Source of the DNA: Rhizodiscina lignyota | Taxonomy: Eukaryota | NCBI GenBank assembly: GCA_010015805.1 | Contig: ML978127.1 | Span: 868,001-932,000, forward strand | Length of the DNA: 64,000 nt | Direction: 5' to 3' | Shown: one piece after another, positions 48,898-60,389 of the stretch | Layout: the number at the start of each line of letters is the position of its first letter | Numbering within the stretch: the first letter of the stretch is position 1 | Made by a program: the position numbers and the translations under genes | The notes under the pieces: generated by a model | Database searches by the model: none | What the model saw: only the letters and a program-made list of their open reading frames with translations | Told to the model about the DNA's origin: nothing

Positions 48898-49632
48898 ATG
48901 ACTTTCCCAACGAACGGTACCGCCTCCGAAGAGCCTCTCTTTACGTCGGAGTACATCTCTCCCGAGGTCCTTGCGGCCCTTCCAGAGGGCTACACCTGCC
49001 GCCCTATCCAACGCACCGACTACCACGCCGGCTTTCTCGACGTCCTCCGTGTGCTTACCACCGTCGGTGACATCAGTGAGGAGAAGTGGAATGAGAGATA
49101 TGACTGGATGAAGAAGAGGAATGACGCGTACTTCCTGCTGTGCATACTTGATGGCACCGGCAAGATCGTTGGAACAGGCGCATTGATTGTGGAGAGGAAG
49201 TTGTAAGTATACGGATACGGCGATTCTTAGCAGAAGTAGCTAATGGAGTGCCACAGCATCCACAATCTTGGTCTTGTCGGACATATCGAGGATATTGCCG
49301 TCGCTAAGGACCAGCAAGGCAAGAAACTTGGTTTGAGAATCATCCAGGCGCTCGACTATGTTGCCGAGAAGACCGGATGCTACAAGGTGAGTAATTCTGT
49401 CTTCCAAGGCACCGCTTTGTTACCCCTCATTACTGCTTGGGAACTGCTGCTAATAGAAACCATGCAGTCTATTCTCGACTGCTCCGAGGCCAACGAGGGC
49501 TTCTACGTCAAGTGCGGTTTCAGACGCGCTGGCTTGGAGATGGCTCATTACTACGAGACAGCCCCGTCTCCGGTCAAGCATACTGGCAATGGGGAAGTAT
49601 TGGTTGGCGTGAAGGAGCCATCGAAGGTCTGA
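48898..49632 (+). CDS. GNA1: Glucosamine-6-phosphate N-acetyltransferase, 2 introns
   Basis: GFLDVLRVLTTVG, VERKF/IHNLGLVGHIEDIAV, QQGKKLG, GCYK/SILDCSEANEGFYVKCGF. Confidence 0.95.
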
Positions 49633-49741
49633 GAAGGCCGAGCAAGACATGTAAGACTGAGCTTTAACGAAGGGGATATGATGAAGGAGATGATTGTATG
49701 AGTACGGGTTGTAGGTATGGGGATCGGCGTTATAGACTCGA

Positions 49742-50408
49742 TTAGCAGCGGAGGAGGGAACCTAGAGCAGGATCTTCTACCGTAATTACCACGAATCGAC
49801 AACATTTCCGGACTTCCAGCTCAGTTGCGCCCTGATAACGTATACCATTCGACTGGATCTTTGCTTCATTACACATCCCCTTCTGAACCTCAAATCCCCT
49901 GGATCCATGCTCAAGCACTTCTCTGATTCCCCTGAGATACCGAGGCAGCTCTCCCAGGTAGAGCAATGGCTCACGACGTTTGCCTGGAATGCTCGCTCCG
50001 TACCACCAGCTCTCAACTCCATAACTCAGGGACATCTTGCTGAAGCTATTGATTTCCTCCTTCCACTTCTTCTCGGATTCCTCAGTTGCTTCTATCCTAT
50101 CCAGATTATACTCTCGCATACTGCAAAGGAGGTCGACGATCCAATCGGATTGAGGCTCTACACATGACGGGCCATTGGAGAACTTTATATCGTCCGCAGA
50201 ATAGATCTGAAGGAATGACCTGGCGACGTACTGCAGTCGGCGCTTGTGGCCCATACGTGAAGAAAGAGTTTGGGAATCCATGGACAGTCATGCCAAGGTA
50301 AGTCAGAACGCCATTTCCCAGAACTCCGATAGACTCTGGGGCGTGGGTGGAGATTTGTTGCCACGAAGCTCGATTTCCTTGAGTCCACCAGTGACGGAAT
50401 CGAAGCCT
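49742..50408 (-). pseudogene. 5'-truncated, frameshifted Baeyer-Villiger monooxygenase (cyclohexanone monooxygenase-like) remnant
   Basis: GFDSVTGGLKEIELRG, then a 1-nt frameshift near 50315, then NGVLTYLGMTVHGFPNSFFTYGPQAPTA/FSNGPSCVE.QSDWI...SWWYGASIPGKRREPLLYLG. No N-terminal FAD-binding exons recognisable upstream. Confidence 0.78.
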
Positions 50409-51838
50409 AGAAATCAATTAGCTTATCAGACCCAGAAACATCTAGATATATACGAGAACAACGGAATAAAGCAAAGCCGTGATTAACAATAACGTAACTT
50501 GTAAGCCCTTTCCTCCTCTTGGAGACCGCAGGAGGTGCTCCCCGGCTCAGGAGACGTGGGGTCTGTGGGAAGTAATATTGTTACATAGATAGTTCGCGGC
50601 AGGACTATTCTTGGAATAATGAAAGGAGAGATCAACACGTAAAGAATGAACGGACCAAAGGATCTCAGGTGCGTTGTACAGTAGCGAGCTTAATATCTCG
50701 CCTTGAGCCCTTGAAAGGGTGAAGGGAGACACGGTTCGAAGTGTGGAGGAAAAGACCTTGGTCGACAATTCACGGAATAGCGTTTGAATAGTTCAGACTG
50801 AAGAGTGGAAAGTATCTTACGTAGTATCTCGGGAAACGATGGAAATCATTAGGCTATTTCTGCAACGTTAGCGGTGCAAAAAGTAATGCTAGTGTGAGAA
50901 TAGACAGTTATGGGCAGAGGTAGTTTGCTCGAGCGGGATTTACGATAACCATTTTGCATAGGGTAGTGGGTTTACAGCAATTCACTGGCTGTTATGAATC
51001 GCCCATCATCTGCTCTGTGTCCGTTTCAGCTGGGAAGCAGTCTGTTGACCCGCTTCTTTTTCTCAAAAAAGTCTAACGAGTACATATAAGGTAGGCCTCC
51101 ATGCACGAAGACAGTTGGAAGGTTGATTGGCGGGCGTTGAACGGACGGTCTAATGCACGATTTTAGCCCCTTTTAAACATCCTAACTTCAACATATTTAA
51201 GCCAGGTTCCCGCGCAAATTAATGAAAGCGTAACCCGCGAAATATAGATACCTTTGTTTAAAGAGTTCCAGATTTTGTGGCTATTGATAATCGAACAAAT
51301 CGTCGCGGGAGGAAGTGGACGTCATTACGACGTGGAGTTTGTGTGATACATCACTTATTACTCCACATTGTGATCGTGGCTGCAGAGCGCGAATCCTCGC
51401 ACTCCAACTTACAGTCTGGAGGGATCTCGGTTTTGAGATCGACCAATCCATATCCTTAGCGCTCACATCATTACTGCCTGAAAGTCTAAGTGACAGGTAA
51501 AGTTTTGATTCACTCACTTGTGAGGGAGTTTCCCATCGTTTCACTTTCACTCTTGAATGTATTGGCCTTGATAAGCTTTCTCTACAGATTGCTACAACAG
51601 CCACAATGCTGCTGCCTGCAACTGCCCGCCCGTAAGAAGATACATCATTCACAACTCAAAATGCAAACATCTGGTCTCTTCCAGACCGCATAAATCTTCT
51701 GTTCCGCACCGCACACTTTCTTTCTTCCTTTCATCTCTTCAACACTCTCTTCTAAACCGAAGCTTACAACAAAGCTTCTACATTACACTCAACCGCTTCT
51801 ACCGTCTAGCAGTTGCCAGTTCAACAACTGTTACCAAC

Positions 51839-52357
51839 ATGTCGTCTACTTTTACGATGGACAAGGCAGTCATCGAGGCGCTCAACGAGAAGGAGAAGGT
51901 CCGTCTCTTGTGCTACTTCATCTCGAACACGAGCAGTGTCACGGTAAGTGGCTTCTATTTTCTTCATATTTTGTCAACGCCTCCTGTCACTAATAAGAGT
52001 TTGTAGATCGACTGGGCTGATGCCGCAGAGCGTTTCGGCTGCCAAAAGAACTCCATGGCAGCTCATACTCCACCTATTCTGAAGAAGCTCAAAGTCGATG
52101 GAGGAGCTAAGGCCAAGGCCAACGGCAAAGGCGGAACGCCGAATGGTAAGAAAGCTGGAGGACCTGGACGCAAGAAGCGCCAGGCGTCGACTGATGATAG
52201 CGATGCACTCGAGACACCGTCCAAAAGGTCTAAGAAGGGTGCTGGCAAAGCCCAAATGAAGAAGGAAGATACCCCCAACGATGGCGACCTCAACATCAAG
52301 TACAACGAGCTCGAATATCTGGCAACTTACGGCACGGATGACGAATTCTCGGCTTGA
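51839..52357 (+). CDS. Small Lys-rich fungal protein, probably nuclear; intron ~51944-52006
   Basis: MSSTFTMDK...LLCYFISNTSSVT/IDWADAAERFGC...ILKKLK, then KKRQ and PSKRSKK NLS-like stretches; clean splice sites. Confidence 0.65.
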
Positions 52358-52957
52358 GCAGTTAGCCTGGTGGCGTACCGGTGATCGATTCTTTCGATCT
52401 ATGGAGGGTCGACTTTCGGAATCGTCTGCGTGGGAATTTCTTCACTTCACACTTGAAGGTCACGGTGGTTATGTGTCGACAGGTTTACGTCGGCTTGATT
52501 CCTCAAACGTTATGGGAACAGTGAGGGAAACAATCAACCCGTTCACAATCAACGAATAACAAATGAACTCTCTCTAAATCGCATTTGCCTATCACGTGCC
52601 AATTTGACATACAATAATGAAATGGACGAGCAGCAGATGTAGAAGTCCAAGTTACTTCCATTGAAGAGACTCGTGGCTCACCCGTATGTACGTCGACCGT
52701 AAGCATGTCGCATCTGTCGCGGCCATTGACACACTTGACATGATTAATAGAACATTGAAGCAAATAGATGCATCATCGGTCTCGTCCAAACTGCAATATG
52801 GAAGAAAAGCAGGGAGAATCAAACCTCCACCTTCACCTTCCATTTCATGCCGGCAAAACTTCGGCATATCGACATGTTTCTTGATCCCTTTGATACTTAG
52901 TCTTCCCTACGCGCTACCGAATCATATATACACATCACAGGACTTCAGTATCTCGAG

Positions 52958-53947
52958 ATGGCCAAGGACAAAGAAAAGCGCGCGCTCAACCCCGCCGCCG
53001 CCGCACTCAAGGCGCAAAAGGCTGCCTCAGCGAAGAAAGGCAAAGCGCAAGTCGCTGCGCAACGAAACGAACGTCTCGCGCGTCGCAACCCCGATCGACT
53101 AGAGCGCCAAATCGATGATTTGAAAGCGGCAGAGGAGCGGGGCCAGTTGCGGCCCAAAGACAAGCAGACACTCGAGCAATTGCAGCGGGACCTGAAGGCT
53201 GTGCGGAGGGCAAGGGAGTCGCTTGGGGAGAAGGCACCACAATTTGCGAGGTGGAGAGACGACGACGATGACCGTCGGCAAGGCCAAAGTGGTAGAGGGA
53301 GGGATGGCAATGTTCTGGGGAAGAGGCGGCGTGATGGCGGAGGCTGGAAGAGGAATGACGAGCCAAGCAGCAGCGAGACGGATGAGGATATCAGGGACAT
53401 TCCTATGCCAAAAGATGTCGAGAATGAACCTCCGATACCGAGACGACCACGAAAACCACAGCCGCAGAATGCGAACGAGACACCGTTGGGTGAGGCGCGG
53501 ATGCCACATGTTCTACCACCGAAGCCGGTGTCGCAGACTGTCTATTCCTCTGCGCCCCAGGTCAGGAACTTGCAGAAGGAAGCGGTATCGAGGTTCGTGC
53601 CGGCAGCTGTGGCGGCCAAGAAGAAGCTTGCGCAAGGTCAAGGAAGGCTATTGGAGCCTGAGGAGGCAGATAAACTAGCGAAGGAAGGGTACATGGGCGG
53701 TCGGCGCACTTCACAGGCGAAAGAGGGAGATACAGATATGGCAGATGATGAGTTGGAGAGGTTTCAAAAGGAGATTGAAGGCTTGGGCGAAGGTGCTTAT
53801 CAGGATTCTGGAAAGGCAGCTGATGAGGCAGAGAAAGAAGTACAACATATGGTCATTAACGACGTTGTGCAGGGTGAACCGAGCGATGCTGCGATGACGA
53901 AGCGTCTTAGACAAGTCGAGATAGAAGAGGTCGAAGACGATGGGTGA
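52958..53947 (+). CDS. WW-domain-binding protein 11 (Wbp11)-like splicing factor
   Basis: N-terminal ALNPAAAALKAQK...QRNERLARRNPDRLERQI, DIPMP, YSSAPQVRNLQKEAVSRFVPAAV. Confidence 0.78.
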   Translation: MAKDKEKRALNPAAAALKAQKAASAKKGKAQVAAQRNERLARRNPDRLERQIDDLKAAEERGQLRPKDKQTLEQLQRDLKAVRRARESLGEKAPQFARWRDDDDDRRQGQSGRGRDGNVLGKRRRDGGGWKRNDEPSSSETDEDIRDIPMPKDVENEPPIPRRPRKPQPQNANETPLGEARMPHVLPPKPVSQTVYSSAPQVRNLQKEAVSRFVPAAVAAKKKLAQGQGRLLEPEEADKLAKEGYMGGRRTSQAKEGDTDMADDELERFQKEIEGLGEGAYQDSGKAADEAEKEVQHMVINDVVQGEPSDAAMTKRLRQVEIEEVEDDG

Positions 53948-54092
53948 ACAAGTCACGGCAGCAAAGATATTGAAACCAAATTCATTCCCTGGTACTTTTG
54001 TGTGGCTAATGCTATGCCTTCGTTTTGACGTACGCCTGACCTTTCAATCGCCTGCGCCTGAAGTTTTTGTTTCACCCCATGACAATAGCTGC

Positions 54093-55795
54093 TCAGCATA
54101 CGCTGCGATGAATGCCATTCTCCATCTTGTTTCGAGACTTACCCGCAAGCCTTTCCTTCGAGCTAATGCCAGGACTGGCATGAGTCTTCTCGACACTTCC
54201 GGAGAATGGAGCCCATGCTGCAAGGTCAATCTCCGCCTCCGTGTTCATCATCATCTCCGTAACAGCCAGAATGTCTGACACCAGGCGATCAAGAAGATCA
54301 ATGGACATCGACTCTCGCACAACAACACGCATAATCTCCGTCTTTTCTTCGTTCGGTGGCAGTGGGTAGTCTGCAAACGGGGTGAGTACGGGAAGTCTCA
54401 AAGTATAGGAGGGCTTATAGACTTACTGGGAATGATGTACTGCTTGGCCCTCAGCAATTGGCTGATCGCCGCCTGCTTGACCTTGGGGAACTTTTTCTTG
54501 AAGTCATCCGTAAGGGTGAATGACACCACAGGTAACCCAGCGTTGTAGTCCGCACTGGAGTCGCTATCTTGGAATGCCGGCTTGCCTTTCGCGTAGTAGA
54601 AGTCGCCTTTCTTCCGATGGATATCAGAGACGCAGCGCCACCAACCGGAAGCCTCAAGGGCACGGCTCAACAGCCGAGCATTCTGCAGAGCATTCTCCAT
54701 GATGGCCTTGTAGCCGGTGTATCCAAGATGCAGCAAATTGTAGTACTGACCAATGACTTGTGCTCCCGGGCGAGAGAAGTTGAGAGTGTAAGACTCCTCG
54801 GTGCCACCTAGGTAGTGGAGTTCGAAAACGAGATGCTTTGGCAGCATGCTCTCATCACGCCAGATGATCCAGCCGACACCCGCATAGACGAGGCCAAACT
54901 TGTGGCCAGAGGTATTGATCGACTTGACGCGAGGCAGCTCGAAATTCCACTTGAATCCAGCTCCAGAGTCGGTGAAGGGGGCAATGAAGCCCCCACTAGC
55001 TGCATCCACGTGGATGGGAATGTCAACGCCAGTCTTCTTCTCGTACTCATCCAAGATGTTGGAGATCTCCTCGACTGGCTCATAGTGTCCAGTATAGGTT
55101 GAACCAAGGATGACGAAGACACCGATGGTGTTCTCATCGATGTTCTGCTTGACAAGCTCAGGATCCAACCGGTATCGGCTCTTTTCGCTAACTGGTAGAA
55201 TACGGGATTCCACTTCGAAGTACCTGGCAAACTTCTCAAGAGCAACTTGAGCATTTGCGCCCATAATGATGTTGGGCTTTGACGTATCCTTGCCCTCCTT
55301 CATGCGCTTCTCCTGCCAGCGGCGCTTCATAGCCAGTCCACCCAGGTGAATTGCCTCTGAAGATCCAGTGGTTGCAGTACCGATGGCCTTCTCACCTTTC
55401 TGGACTCCCCAGAGGTTGGCGATGATGGAGATACAGCGAGCGTGCATGTCCATCATGGCAGGATATTCGTCCGCGTCTGACATGTTCTTGCTCAGGTTCT
55501 CAATCATGAGCTTCTCGGCTTCAGCCTCCATGTAAGTGCCAACGAAGCTTGCCAAGTTCAAATTTGGTCGTCCATCTAAATCGAGCTCGTCCTTGAGCAG
55601 TTGGTGGACTACATCCGCAGGAGCTCCATCATGGGGGATGCGGAACTTCGACAGTTCAGTCTTGCTGGCATATCGGCTGCTGTATGGTGTAATATGAGAG
55701 AGTCCGGAGCCTCCATGCTTGCCACGGTGTCCATGAGGGTGGTCATGAAGCTCATTGATGAGCTCGTCAGGGTCGATGTGTGTTGCTAGAACCAT
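54093..55795 (-). CDS. GAD1: Glutamate decarboxylase (PLP-dependent); intron ~54371-54426
   Basis: LDGRPNLNLASFVGTYME, GSSEAIHL, HVDAASGGF, SINTSGHKFG (PLP lysine), TLNFSRPG. Confidence 0.95.
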
Positions 55796-56766
55796 TGTGT
55801 CTTTCTTGATGATTTCGAAAGTTTGCAAGTGAAGATCAATTGAGTTTCGAGCAGAGAAGTAAGAAGTTAAAGAGGCCAGAAAAGCGTGAGGAGAGCCAAT
55901 TTAAAGGCTGCTGGAGCTGTGTTGGCCAGGATGTTGAAACCGTACCTGATTCCCCACAACTTCCCATTTCGTATGCAGTGACGTAGCGATCACATTCTTA
56001 ACTGGGTCTAGTGCAAGGCTCGATCGTGCTTGAGTATGGGGCCACGTACAAAGCTTGGGGAGCTTGTTTTCCTGTGTCAAAGCAGCCCCATATAGGACCA
56101 ATCATTTCAGCGAGCGCCGTGTTAAATTCCCCTTACCAAACACTCTTTGAGCATCATTACTAACATAGTATAAGCTCGTAACTCTACTAGGTTTCGACTT
56201 ACTCATGCAAGCGGAACAAAGGAGTGGTGAATTGGCCATCTGCGATGCAAGAAGATGCGAATATATGACGCAGGCCTGCCTCCTTCCACCGCTGCTTAAA
56301 TAACCCTGGAAGCCAAGCCATATTCCTGCAGGCCGCTTGCGCCAGACTCCAAAGATGTTGTAAATGTCACTTTCTTGCTGCGGTCGGCCGCTCATGCGGA
56401 GACTTATCTAACGCCAGCCCCGCCGCGCGCCCTCCGCTAGTGGAGGGCTAAGCGAACTCCGACCTCGTTGCCGCGTAAGCTTGCGAGCCTGTCAATGGTG
56501 GTGATAGTGCTCTTCTCCCATGGTATGAATTGAACTTGATCCCCCTTTCCCTTTCTGCTCATTTTGGTTTTTCCTACTCAAATTCAACTGGAATTGAACT
56601 CTCAGCAATCCCTCTCTTGTCTTACCGCGGGGTCCGGTCAGCGCAATCCTGGGCTGAGCTGACTTTCGTCATCGACTGCGTACCTGGAGTGTGCCTAATT
56701 GATTGATTCTTCTTCCTTTTCCCTTCCATTTCTCCTCCTCTGTTCACCTTCCGTGTCTCTACAACC

Positions 56767-58385
56767 ATGAAGCTCCTCGCAATAACTTCATTGCTCGCCT
56801 TGAGCAATGCTTTTGTTCTCCCCGATGAGCAAGTCTTCAGCGGACTTGCAGTGGAGGATGACCGCGAGAGCAAGTCTGCCTGGGACAAGCTTCCCAGTGT
56901 CAAAGACCTCCTTAACAAGGTCTCGCATGGAGTCGAGGATGCGTTTGATGGAGTGGCCGATAAAGCAGAGAACATCATTGATCATATCCTAGACGCTGCT
57001 TCAGAAACCGAGAGCTACATCGTCGACGAAGCTTACGAGACGGCTTTTGACGTTCAAGGTTGGCTTGAGTCTGGCAATGATGCCCCATGTGAGGCCAGCT
57101 TCGAGGATCCCGAGCATTCTCCGCCTCACGGCCCACCTCATGGCCCTCCGTATGGCCCACCTCACGGCCCTCCTCCACCTCATGATGGTCCTCCCCACCA
57201 TGGTCCACCTCATCATGGCCCTCCTCACCATGGACCCCCTCATCACGGCCATTCTCGCAAGTCTAACCTGACTATTTACGAGATGATTGCAAATTCCAAG
57301 TACACAACGAAGCTTGCGAAGCTCATCGGTGAGCACGAAGACCTCGTCCAGCTTCTGAATGGCACGTCAGGAAACTTCACCTTCTTCGCTCCCACGGATG
57401 CTGCTTTCAAGAAGATTCCGAAGCATGCGCCGAAGCCAGGCAAAGAATTCCTCGAGAAGCTACTCACCTACCATGTGTCTGAGTCACTCTATCCCGGCCG
57501 CCGTCTTTTTGCATCTGACACCATTCCCTCCGCGTACAACGAGTCCGCTTTGGGTGGCCCACAGAGACTTGCTGTCAAGCTGGGCTTAAAGGGTCTAACT
57601 ATCAACTTCTACAGCAGAATTGTCGCAGCCAACATCGTAAGGTCCACTAGTGTGCTCCTTCAATTTGATAGAACTAACTCGAGTTGTCGCAGTTCGCCAC
57701 CAATGGAGTGATTCACGGTGTAGACTCCATACTTCTTCCTCCACCACCAATTGGTGTGATTCTGGACCTTCTGCCAGAAGAGTTCAGCACACTCTTGCTT
57801 GCGTTCATAAAGACCAACCTCGGCGCTGAATTGTACAACTACACGCATGTCGGCGGAACCGTCTTTGCTCCGAACAACTTCGCATTCAAGAAGCTTGGAC
57901 CAGGCCCCAACGCCTTCCTCTTCTCTCGTCCAGGACTTAAGTATCTCAAGGCCCTTCTAAAATACCACCTGGTTGCCAACGTGACGTTGTATTCTGACAC
58001 AGTATACGGGGCCAAGAATTCCGGCGACCTCTTTGACGGCGAGGAAGTAGAGGCAATGCAGCCGAGGAGAGCAGTGCATGTCGATCTTCCAACACTACTG
58101 GGCGACCGCAGCTTGCCAGTTGACATCTTCCGCTTTGGCCCGTTCATCTCCATGAAGGTAAATGGCTTTGTGAGGATTGCGGTTAAGGATGGTATTGCCA
58201 AAGATGGCGTCATACATGTTCCATCTGATGTACTGATCCCACCGAAGAAGTTACGCAGCGCGGAAGAGGTGGACGAGTACCAGGGCGGGGAGATCAGCGT
58301 GGACGATTTGAAGGAGAGACTTGATCCATTCGTGGAAGAGGAGAGCGACGATGCAACAAGTGGGTTGCTGAAGTGGGAGATGTAA
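56767..58385 (+). CDS. Secreted fasciclin (two FAS1 domains) protein; intron ~57637-57692
   Basis: Signal peptide; FTFFAPTDAAF, LLTYHV, NGVIHGVDSIL, TVFAPNNFAF, DGVIHVPSDVL. Confidence 0.9.
57115..57252 (+). repeat. Coding His/Gly/Pro repeat (HGPP / HHGPP)
   Basis: PPHGPPHGPPYGPPHGPP...HHGPPHHGPPHHGPPHHG. Confidence 0.85.
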
Positions 58386-60389
58386 GCCAAGTGCTTGCGG
58401 TGAAGGTTAGTTGTACAGCGCAATGAGCTGGTAGCGCATGGCCTCACGACAGATGGAATTCAGGCAAATTCGATGATGAGATGCGATTGGTGCTCATAAT
58501 TCGTCACTTGAGCACCGGAGCGTACAATACGCAGCTGAGCAATATAGCGGAGAAGCACACGTTGTACGAATATACGGAGAGACTCCACATTCATTTCTTT
58601 GTGTAGCAATGGTACAAGTTACAGTCTCGGACCGACTTTGTCTTGCTGAAGAATACCTCGATTGTCTCTCCTTCAGCTTGGATACATTCTGGCCCTCAGC
58701 CACATCTCCTGATCTCGAACGGCCCGCTATTACACCGCGCATGTTTTGTATGTCGTGCGACACTCGGCAAAACGTTCGTACATACTCAATTTCGACAGGT
58801 TTTCCGCGGCGCATTACCCACCCGTTGGGTCAGGAATTGGCGGTCTGGGGATCTTCTACTACATAAACAGCGGTCAATGAGACATTCGTTTGACAAGTGC
58901 GCCAGACTCAGTGGTCGTCGACTACGGATTGGAGAAATTATGAGAATTGGCACGCTATACGAGTCGCTTTTAAGCTGCTCACAGTCACAAGCTTTGTGCA
59001 CGAGGTCGTTGGTCTGAACGTGCAAATGTCTCTCCTTACATTAGGGCTGTGCCTCACCTGGTTGTCTCCTGCAACTTCCGGAATTGGCTCCGTACTCCAC
59101 AATCTCAATTGCTGGTGACACCCACCATCGACGGCCATCTGCATGATCTCTTCCGCTGGGCACTCCCGGGGCGCATGTTTCATGCAACGATCCAAGCAAC
59201 GGTCCTAGCGCAGCAGCGCAGCATCCCTGGATGATGCTCCCGTCAAGCGCGCTGGGGATGGAAGCCGACCTCGTGCATCTTGCATTCCTCTAGCCGTATT
59301 GGGTTAGTCCGATCCCCACGCTCGGTCTGCAAGATAAGCGAGGCCGATCGCCGTCGTGCCAAGACTTTGGCGCGATCGACCCTACGACGCCTCTTTGACG
59401 TCGTCGAAGCCGGCTCTCCCTAACACTGCCGGCACGCCTGCGTTCGATGCCTGCCTCCGCTTTTGCAGGATCAAAGTGCGCTCTCTATCAGCTCCTACGC
59501 CCATACACATGACTCTGGTGCTGCAGCTTGCTTTTCATTGCGTTCGTATCCGGTCGCGAGAAACGACCGAGTCAACTCAAGCCTAACCGTGGTGGGTATC
59601 TACTTTCCCTTTGGCTTTTTGGCTTCGGAACCAGGGAGCCAGAGCGGGAAGGTGGGCGCAGGGCAAGGCGGCCCGAGGGGAGTATGGCGCTCGGTATGGC
59701 CATCCACTAGGTACCGCTCCGACACTGTATGGGGTGACGGCGTGGTGACGGCGAAGTCCAGAACACTGGACCGACGGGCCCAATCTAAACTTCTCTCTGT
59801 GCAGAAGTAGGGCTTGAGACCGACATGCGGGCTCTCTTGCAGCATCTTGTCCCTGGCTTGATCCACTTCAACATACCAAACCCGCGAAGGAGCGGGATGC
59901 GGCCTGCTGCTTGCATCAATTTAGGGTTTGTTGTAAGATGTTAGCTACATGTAGCTGTGCGCCTTCTTGAGCACTTGAAGATCCGTTCATCGCCGACCCT
60001 TGCTGGTCTTGCGCGTCTCTTCCATCTCATACGTCACTCCATCTTTCGTATTTTGTCGCCGGCGCACTTCTCAGGGAAAATTCGGTTCGCAGCTATCGTA
60101 CTTGCTCAACCGGCTCACAACGCACCTTCCAATTCTCCCTGCCCTGTACTCGAGGATCGAACCATTTTCCCGTCTAGGGATCTGCGAGAATATTCCATCT
60201 AACAACGGAGATATCCGATCTTGCAGCTACCCCGGTCCATGTTCTGCTCTTATACTGCATCTTCAAGTGCGGCGAAGACGTGTGTATCAGCTCACATCTG
60301 CCGCATATACTATCACTCTACTACAGCCTCATTGTCCAATCCAGCGAGGGCCTGGAGTCAAGTCCGCTGCCAAGTGGATTTTATCGGAA

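Noticed and set aside
15605..49467. Four stop-free introns with length divisible by 3 (sppA 15605-15715, mclA 20137-20208, SUB2 42279-42341, GNA1 49387-49467) that look like protein insertions in the ORF track
   Set aside because: All have canonical splice signals and interrupt conserved motifs; a few such cases among roughly 35 short introns is about what chance would give.
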